Assembly: GCA_963727625.1 (NCBI GenBank) | Contig: CAVSHR010000012.1 | Coordinates: forward strand, 128,001 to 192,000 | Direction of reading: 5' to 3' | Source of the DNA: an uncultured delta proteobacterium | Lineage (GTDB): Bacteria > Desulfobacterota > Binatia > UBA9968 | Length of the DNA: 64,000 nt | Program-made: the position numbers and the translations under genes | In this document: positions 57,471 through 64,000 of the stretch, piece after piece | Layout: each line of letters starts with the position of its first letter | Numbering within the stretch: the first letter of the stretch is position 1 | Notes under the pieces: model-generated | The model's input: the letters and a program-made list of their open reading frames with translations, nothing else | The model's database searches: none | What the model was told of the DNA's origin: nothing

Positions 57471-57682
57471 TTGGCGCAAACTAGCTCAGGCAGATTCTTC
57501 CAGCAAGGAGAATCCCATGGCCGGCCCTTTTGCCTTTTTACTTTTTACTTGCCCCTTCTCCACCCTTCTAAGAAGCTTGTTAGAGTCACGGTTATTGGAT
57601 AAATTTTGACAAATGGAGCGAATTGCAAATTTGTGCCATTGGAATCTAGCCAGGGGCACCGCTTTCGCAAAGGAAAATTTCA

Positions 57683-57844
57683 ATGAACCGGTCAACCATG
57701 CAAGATCTTGAAGCCTACAAGGCCAATTCCAGGATCGATTTCTATCTCGCCGGCGGTTCGCGTCTAGTCTATATCAGCCGCTGGATTGTTAGCGGAATTG
57801 TCATTGTATTCTGGCTCGTAATCCGGTGGCGCGGGCTTGAATGA
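57683..57844 (+). CDS. Putative small membrane protein (53 aa)
   Basis: Not in ORF track. MNRSTMQDLEAY...WIVSGIVIVFWLVIRWRGLE; AAGGA upstream. Confidence 0.35.
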   Translation: MNRSTMQDLEAYKANSRIDFYLAGGSRLVYISRWIVSGIVIVFWLVIRWRGLE

Positions 57845-58190
57845 TTTTGTCGAAGCCAGCCCGGCCCGCGCAGATCTTCTCGCCCACGGCAAATTTCGCA
57901 TCTGCAAGGGTGAGCGCGGCGTCGGACATTCGCAGCCGCGAACCTCGGCCGCCAACGCTGACAGATTCACAGGCAAAGACTGAATCTCGGGACTATGAAC
58001 ATCGAGCAAAAATAATCTCGACGTACGACATCCGATCGAATCATCGTTCTCGCGGACCTCACCTGTGAAACCGGCGCGCTGAAAATCAACATGCAGGACG
58101 CGAACATCGGCCACCGAACGAGATAGGTCTTGTGAAATCGGAAAAGTCCTTTGTAGCGACGACATATTGCACGGGAACGACAGACTCATA

Positions 58191-59156
58191 ATGGATGCTT
58201 TGCTAAACGACGAGCCCGCAGCCATCGTTGGCCGGCTCGCGCCGAGCCCGACGGGTCACTTGCATCTCGGCCATGCGCGCTCGTTTCTGCTCGCCTGGTG
58301 GCACGCGCGGTCGCGCGGCGGCCGGATCATTCTCCGGCTTGAGGACCTTGACGTCGAGCGCGTCAAGCCGGCCATGCTCGACGCGACGATTGAGGATCTG
58401 CGCTGGCTCGGACTCGACTGGGACCGCGAGCCCTACGTGCAATCGAGCGGTGTGGCCGACATCGACGCGGCCGCTGAATCGCTCCTCGCCCGCGGCTTGG
58501 CCTACCCGTGCATCTGCACACGCAAAGAAATCTTCGCGGCGGTCTCCGCCCCGCACGGTGGCGAGAACGCTACGATCTATCCAGGAACCTGCCGCGGCAA
58601 ATTCCCCACGTTAGCCGATGCCGAACAGGCCACCGGGCGCCCCGCCGCGCTGCGCTTTCGCGTGCCCGATGTCATTGTGCGCATCGACGACGCGCTTCAG
58701 GGCGTACGCGAGTACGACGCCCGCATGATGCTCGGCGACTTTCCCATCTTACGCCGCGTCGGCAAGCCCGCCTATCAACTCGCCGTCGTCGTCGACGACG
58801 CCCGCCAAGGCGTCACCGAGATTGTGCGCGGCGCCGACCTGCTCGAAAGCTGCGCACGGCAATGGTTGATCCAGGAGGCGCTCGGTTATCGCCATCCGCG
58901 TTGGTGGCATGTGCCTCTCGTCACCGATGAATTCGGCCGCCGACTCGCCAAGCGTAGTGACGATGTGTCCCTCGCCCGCCTGCGCAGCGCCGGTACCGAT
59001 CCAGGCCAAATCGTTTCTTGGGTGGCGCGCTCCTCGGGTATCGCGGCCCCTCCTCGTGTTCATGCGCGCGAGCTAGTCGATCGCTTCGACATGAGGCTCC
59101 TGCCCCGGGCTGAGGTCCGCATCACGCGTGCGGATCTGAAAAAGTTAGGCCTTTAA
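58191..59156 (+). CDS. gluQ: tRNA glutamyl-Q(34) synthetase
   Basis: GRLAPSPTG.LHLGH, RLEDLD, YPCICTR, YPGTCR, RGADL, LAKR; no anticodon-binding domain. Confidence 0.9.
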   Translation: MDALLNDEPAAIVGRLAPSPTGHLHLGHARSFLLAWWHARSRGGRIILRLEDLDVERVKPAMLDATIEDLRWLGLDWDREPYVQSSGVADIDAAAESLLARGLAYPCICTRKEIFAAVSAPHGGENATIYPGTCRGKFPTLADAEQATGRPAALRFRVPDVIVRIDDALQGVREYDARMMLGDFPILRRVGKPAYQLAVVVDDARQGVTEIVRGADLLESCARQWLIQEALGYRHPRWWHVPLVTDEFGRRLAKRSDDVSLARLRSAGTDPGQIVSWVARSSGIAAPPRVHARELVDRFDMRLLPRAEVRITRADLKKLGL

Positions 59157-59160
59157 CGAC

Positions 59161-59250
59161 CTGGATTCATTTCAGCCAAGAGATGCGGAGTACGCAGTCG
59201 TTGAATTCGTGCACTCGGCGACCTCGGCGCCTCCGCGGTAAACAATCCGG
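59161..59250. repeat. Degenerate REP-like 9-mer inverted element
   Basis: ...GAGATGCGGAGTACGCAG...CTCGGCGACCTCGGCGCCTCCGCGGTAAA flanked by CTGGATT/AATCCGG. Confidence 0.45.
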
Positions 59251-59391
59251 ATTCGCTTCGACGAAGTCTCACCCATCTTGTCGTGTCCAGGCCTTGATGA
59301 AATACTGCTGCTAGCAAGAATTTGCCTCCAGCCCGGCGCAGTGATGGAATCTCAACACCGGATAATCTTGAGGATGAACTAAGGAAACAAC

Positions 59392-59970
59392 ATGATTAAC
59401 GACCCCATCGCCAGATTCAAAGAATTGTTAGCCCAAGCCGAGCAATCGGGCCTTCCGCCCCATAACGCCGCGGCTCTGGCGACCACCGGCAATGATCGGC
59501 AACCCACCGGCCGCATGGTGCTGTTGAAAGATGTCAACGAAGCGGGCTTTGTCTTCTACACCAACCTTGAGAGTCGCAAGGCGCGTCAACTCGCCGACAA
59601 TCCGCGCGCTTCGCTTTGTTTCTGGTGGCCGCAGTTGAAACGCCAGGTGCGGGTCGAGGGAAGAATCAAGCGAGTCAGCGACCGGGAAGCCGATGAATAT
59701 TTCGCCAGCCGCCCGCGCGGGAGTCAGATCGGCGCCTGGGCGTCGCATCAGAGCAGCGAAATCTCGTCGCGCGACGAACTCCTTGCTGCGGTAACATCAC
59801 TAACCGAGAAGTACAAGGACCAGCCCGTGCCCCGACCACAGTATTGGTCGGGCTATCGGTTGGCGCCCGAGCGTATCGAGTTCTGGAAAGAGCAGCCCGA
59901 CCGTTTGCATGAGCGTGAAGTTTGCACGCGCCATGGCGACGGCTGGCAGGTTACCCTTCTAGCTCCCTAA
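59392..59970 (+). CDS. pdxH: Pyridoxamine 5'-phosphate oxidase
   Basis: RMVLLK, FYTN..SRK, RQVRVEG, SQIGAWAS.QS, IEFW, RLH. Confidence 0.95.
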   Translation: MINDPIARFKELLAQAEQSGLPPHNAAALATTGNDRQPTGRMVLLKDVNEAGFVFYTNLESRKARQLADNPRASLCFWWPQLKRQVRVEGRIKRVSDREADEYFASRPRGSQIGAWASHQSSEISSRDELLAAVTSLTEKYKDQPVPRPQYWSGYRLAPERIEFWKEQPDRLHEREVCTRHGDGWQVTLLAP

Positions 59971-60064
59971 AGAGCCTCGCGCTCCGCGTCCGATCAGCAG
60001 CGAGCCTCTACGTCACTCCATTGGCGCAGTCGTATAAAGGCTCCAAATAGCTGATACTCGTTTT

Positions 60065-61360
60065 ATGCCCAGCGAAACCAAAAGTCTCAAGTTCCTCGTA
60101 CGTGCTCTGGGCTCAAGAAATTTCCGCCTGTTCTTCTTCGGCCAAGCCGTGTCGTTGATCGGCACCTGGATGCAACTCATCGCCATGCGCTGGCTGGTCT
60201 ACCGCTTGACCAAGTCCGAGCTGATGTTGGGCATGGTGGCATTTATCAGCGACAGCCCGCTGTTTTTGCTCGTGCCGTTTGCCGGGGTTTTGGCCGACCG
60301 CCTCAAGCGTCACCGCATCATGGTCGTCACCCAGGCGCTCTCGGCGCTTCAGGCGGCGATCTTGGCGCTGCTCGTCTTCACCGACCAGGTCGCGGTCTGG
60401 CATGTGTTGGTGCTTGGCGGGTTGCTCGGCGTGGTCAGCGCGTTCGACATCACCGCGCGCCAAGCGTTTATCGTCGACATCATCGAAGAAAGAGAGGACC
60501 TGCCTAACGCCATCGCGTTGAATTCTTTTATTTTCAATGGCGCGCTGCTGATCGGTCCCGCCGTCGCCGGCATCCTGATCGCCCTGGTCGGCGAAGGACC
60601 CTGCTTCGCCCTGAATAGCCTAAGTTACCTCGCCGTCCTGGGCGCGCTCTTCCTGATGAAGATTCCGCCGAAGACTTTTTCCGCCAGCCCGCTCGATATC
60701 AAAGCAGCGATCGTCGAAGGCGCCGCCTACACGTTCGCATCCGTGCCCATTCGATCTATTTTGATCCTCGTCGCCTCGGTCAGTCTCGTCGCCGCCTCCT
60801 ACACGCTGCTCATGCCGGTGTTCGCCGAAGACATCCTGCAAGGCGGCCCGCGCGTCTACGGCTATCTCATGTCCGCCACCGGCGTGGGGGCGCTGATGGG
60901 CGCGGTATTTCTCGCTTCGCGCCACCGCCTCAAGGGCCTGGCGGAAATGATCGCCGGCGCCGGCGTGCTCTACGGCGTCGGCTTTTTCGCCCTGTCCTTC
61001 TCGCGCTTGCTGCCGATCGCTTTGATCATCGCCCTGGTACTGGGCTTTTCCTTGATGATGCAGATGGCGTCGAGCAATACCATCGTTCAGAGCATGGTCG
61101 ACGACCAGAAACGCGGCCGGGTGCTGAGCCTGTTCGTGATGGCGCGCCGCGGCATCGAGGCCTTGGGCAGCCTGTTGTTCGGCGCCATCGCCAACTGGGT
61201 CGGCACCCCCAAAACTCTGATGATCGGCGGCGCTGTCTGTCTCGTCGCCGTGGCGGCTTTTGCCACCAAGCTTTCATCGATACGCCAAGCCAGCCACTCC
61301 TTCGATGACCATAAGACCGGGACGGCCCAGGCAAAGCCGCGAGAGCATGAAGCAATCTAG
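60065..61360 (+). CDS. MFS transporter (DUF894/MFS_3 type)
   Basis: RNFRLFFFGQAVSLIGTWMQ, GVLADR, NAIALNS, RGRV. Confidence 0.9.
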   Translation: MPSETKSLKFLVRALGSRNFRLFFFGQAVSLIGTWMQLIAMRWLVYRLTKSELMLGMVAFISDSPLFLLVPFAGVLADRLKRHRIMVVTQALSALQAAILALLVFTDQVAVWHVLVLGGLLGVVSAFDITARQAFIVDIIEEREDLPNAIALNSFIFNGALLIGPAVAGILIALVGEGPCFALNSLSYLAVLGALFLMKIPPKTFSASPLDIKAAIVEGAAYTFASVPIRSILILVASVSLVAASYTLLMPVFAEDILQGGPRVYGYLMSATGVGALMGAVFLASRHRLKGLAEMIAGAGVLYGVGFFALSFSRLLPIALIIALVLGFSLMMQMASSNTIVQSMVDDQKRGRVLSLFVMARRGIEALGSLLFGAIANWVGTPKTLMIGGAVCLVAVAAFATKLSSIRQASHSFDDHKTGTAQAKPREHEAI

Positions 61361-61445
61361 CCCGCCGCATCAACCTCGGCGGGCCTGTGAATACGGACTT
61401 ACGACAGAGAAGCCGCGCAGGAGGAACTCCGTGTATGACTTTGGA

Positions 61446-61844
61446 TCATCTGGCAGGCCGCGCCAGGGTCCGGATGTAATCGACTAAGTCTTGGATCTGG
61501 TCGTCTTTGAGAATCCCCTTCCACGCCGGCATAAACGAGGATAGGCCCATCGCGCTGCCGCCCTTCGTAATGACATCGCGCAGAAAATCATCGCTGCGCG
61601 ATTTCATCAGGGCGCTATTGGTGTGATCGGCCGGGTGCACAGGGAGCGATCGCGCGCCGACCCCATCTCCTTTGCCCGACTCGCCGTGGCACGGCGTGCA
61701 GTTCTGTCGATAGATGGGTTTACCCCGTTCGCTGTCAGCGTGAGCCACTGAACAGAGCAAGAGCAAAACCGCGGCAATGATCAAAATGTACAAGGTATTG
61801 ATCCTCGTTCGGTCGAGCCCATCGATCGTATGGATTGAAAACAT
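61446..61844 (-). CDS. Monoheme cytochrome c
   Basis: CTPCHGESGKGDG, MPAW; start uncertain. Confidence 0.85.
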   Translation of the reverse strand: MFSIHTIDGLDRTRINTLYILIIAAVLLLLCSVAHADSERGKPIYRQNCTPCHGESGKGDGVGARSLPVHPADHTNSALMKSRSDDFLRDVITKGGSAMGLSSFMPAWKGILKDDQIQDLVDYIRTLARPAR

Positions 61845-61896
61845 TTTTCACCCTATGCTAAGGCATCGTAATCAAATTTGCTGAAAAGGCGCACCG

Positions 61897-62403
61897 ATGA
61901 ATTGGATATCTGCTCTTTTTACGTTCGTTGCAACAGTTTTCATTGTGCTTCCGCTTCCCTCCGCTCGCGCTGAAACCGAAGCCCAATTAATCGCGCGCGG
62001 CCGCTACATCGCCACGGCGATTCAAGGCTGCGGCTGCCACACCCGGGAAAAACGCGGCGGCGGTAAAGATGAGAATTGGCATTATGCCGGGTCGCCCAAT
62101 CCCGCGCCTCCCGCCGGTCCGCCGGCCAACGCCGGCTGGTCCTCTCCCCGCTGGAAGAAAATTTACGCGCGGAACATCACGCCCGATCCCGAGACCGGCA
62201 TCGGCAAATGGAGCGAGGCTGATTTCATTAGGGCAATGAGAACCGGCCTGACGCCGGATGGACGCGTGCTTGACACGCAAATGCCCTGGAACGCGTTTCA
62301 AAAAATCACCGACCGCGATCTAAAGTCGCTGTGGGCGTATCTCAAAACGATCAAGCCGGTCAAGAATACTCCGCCGAAAAATATCCGGGACGATCGGAAA
62401 TAA
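61897..62403 (+). CDS. Cytochrome c-like protein with contracted CGCH motif
   Basis: Signal peptide, RGRY..., GCGCHT, NITPDPETGIG.W, MPW. Confidence 0.8.
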   Translation: MNWISALFTFVATVFIVLPLPSARAETEAQLIARGRYIATAIQGCGCHTREKRGGGKDENWHYAGSPNPAPPAGPPANAGWSSPRWKKIYARNITPDPETGIGKWSEADFIRAMRTGLTPDGRVLDTQMPWNAFQKITDRDLKSLWAYLKTIKPVKNTPPKNIRDDRK

Positions 62404-62412
62404 CTGGAGCCA

Positions 62413-62952
62413 ATGATGAAACCACGGCATTTACTCTTGCTGGCGCTCGGCGCATTGAGCCTGATCGGCGCCGCCTGCGCGCTCAACTCCACTCAGGAAA
62501 AAATCCCTGTCGATTGGGAACAAACAAGCTATATCGCGCGCGGCGACTATTTGGTCAATTATCTCGGCCACTGCGTTGGCTGCCACACGCCATTGGGTCC
62601 TAACCATCAATTAAACATGAGCCTCTTTCTTTCCGGCGTCCCGGCAAAATTCGCCGGCGCCAAAGCCGGCCCACCTCAAGTGACCGGCTTTCCCGGACCG
62701 CGCGGCTCGCGCGTCTACGCCAAAAACCTGACGCCCGACCCCGAAACCGGCATTGGCCGCTGGACCGAAGACCAGTTCGTCCAGACATTCAAAACCGGCG
62801 TCCGACCCGACGGCGTCAAATATCGTCTCTCGCCGATGGAATGGAACATCTACGCGAACATGAAAGAAGCAGATGTCCGCGCCATCTACCGTTTTCTCCG
62901 AACCGTAAAACCGATATCGAACCGAGTGCCGGCGAACATTCCGCCAAAATAG
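62413..62952 (+). CDS. Cytochrome c (possible lipoprotein)
   Basis: GAAC lipobox-like, CVGCHT, NLTPDPETGIG.W, MEW. Confidence 0.85.
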   Translation: MMKPRHLLLLALGALSLIGAACALNSTQEKIPVDWEQTSYIARGDYLVNYLGHCVGCHTPLGPNHQLNMSLFLSGVPAKFAGAKAGPPQVTGFPGPRGSRVYAKNLTPDPETGIGRWTEDQFVQTFKTGVRPDGVKYRLSPMEWNIYANMKEADVRAIYRFLRTVKPISNRVPANIPPK

Positions 62953-63247
62953 CGGCATTGTACAATCCGTATCGAGATGAGCTAAACTCCCTGTGAAAAT
63001 CGCTGCGACAAGTTAAAATTGCGGGGCGAAGATTCCTCCCGACGGACTGCTCCCGTTCTTGCAGAATCAATTCCAAACTGACAGGCTAACAACAAGATTT
63101 TTCAAACGTACGATAAACTGGATATCAGAAAATCGAAAAAATCGAGCTCATGAAGCGAGCTAAATCGGTAATTTCGGTTTTGACTTTCTGCTTCCAAACC
63201 AATTGATTTGTTTCGAGCTTCGAAGTTCAAATTCTGATAGTTTTGTC

Positions 63248-64000
63248 ATGGCCGCTGAACCCAACAAAATCATCTATTCGATGGTCGGCGTCAGCAAGTA
63301 TTACGACAAGCGCGCCGTCCTTAAAGATATTTACCTATCTTATTTCTACGGCGCCAAGATCGGCGTGATCGGTCTCAACGGCTCGGGCAAGTCGTCGCTC
63401 CTGCGCATCCTGGCGGGCGTGGATAAGGAGATCAACGGCGAGGCGGTGCTCTCGCCGGGCTATACCGTCGGCTATCTGGAGCAGGAGCCGTTAATCGACG
63501 ACTCGCGCACCGTGCGTGATGTCGTCGAGGAAGCCGTCCAAGACACCGTCAGTCTGCTCAAAGAGTTCGAAGAGATCAACGCCAAGTTTGCCGAAGAGAT
63601 GTCCGACGACGACATGAACAAGCTGCTTGAGCGGCAGGGCGAAGTGCAGGAGAAGCTCGATCATCTCGACGCTTGGGATCTCGACTCGCGGCTGGAGATG
63701 GCCATGGATGCGCTGCGCTGCCCGCCGTCGGACACGCCGGTAAAAATATTGTCCGGCGGCGAACGCCGCCGAGTCGCGCTCTGCCGTTTGCTGCTGCAAA
63801 AGCCCGATATTCTTTTGCTCGATGAGCCGACCAATCACCTCGACGCCGAGTCGGTTGCGTGGCTCGAACATCATTTACAGAGTTATCCGGGCACGGTCAT
63901 TGCCGTCACTCATGATCGTTATTTTCTCGACAATGTTGCGGGCTGGATCCTGGAATTGGATCGCGGCCAAGGCATTCCGTTCAAAGGAAACTACACGTCC
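63248..64000 (+). CDS. ettA: Energy-dependent translational throttle protein EttA (ABC-F), partial
   Basis: Not in ORF track. MAAEPNKIIYSM...YFYGAKIGVIGLNGSGKS...LSGGERRR...LLDEPTNHLDAESVAWLE. Confidence 0.93.
   Translation, partial: MAAEPNKIIYSMVGVSKYYDKRAVLKDIYLSYFYGAKIGVIGLNGSGKSSLLRILAGVDKEINGEAVLSPGYTVGYLEQEPLIDDSRTVRDVVEEAVQDTVSLLKEFEEINAKFAEEMSDDDMNKLLERQGEVQEKLDHLDAWDLDSRLEMAMDALRCPPSDTPVKILSGGERRRVALCRLLLQKPDILLLDEPTNHLDAESVAWLEHHLQSYPGTVIAVTHDRYFLDNVAGWILELDRGQGIPFKGNYTS

Noticed and set aside
57624-57638. Minus-strand sigma54-like TGGCAC-AAAT-TTGCA
   Set aside because: Spacing is one base short of the strict -24/-12 requirement and no credible downstream gene

Overview
Bacterial chromosomal window of moderately high GC. 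Gene content suggests a deltaproteobacteria-like lineage such as Candidatus Binatia (inference from many orphan solute-binding proteins, cupins, UbiD/AOR paralogs and the ispE-spoVG-tRNA-Gln-prs block). It holds an Mrp/DUF59/MEMO operon, a biotin-dependent Na+-translocating acyl-CoA decarboxylase operon whose gamma subunit is missing from the ORF track, and a Cache-PAS-GAF kinase. Two moeA genes precede a ~14-kb cluster with two divergent tungsten-type aldehyde:ferredoxin oxidoreductase paralogs. Next come lsrF/Zn-ADH and a housekeeping block (rplI-rpsR-ssb-rpsF, pth-rplY-prs, tRNA-Gln, spoVG, ispE, suhB). A 4.4-kb integrase-less island follows tRNA-Arg(CCG); it carries a TPP enzyme, a hexaheme cytochrome and a solitary attC-like cassette, and ends at a displaced tRNA 3' half with a different T-arm. 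The right part has a PqqC/CADD-like + gentisate dioxygenase + decarboxylase + UbiD operon, several sigma54 promoters in front of tiny regulators, an RpoD-like sigma factor, gluQ, pdxH, an MFS transporter, three cytochromes c (one with a contracted CGCH motif) and a partial ettA. Several families of 7- and 9-nt-period inverted intergenic repeats recur. No CRISPR array, rRNA or intact transposase/integrase was seen.
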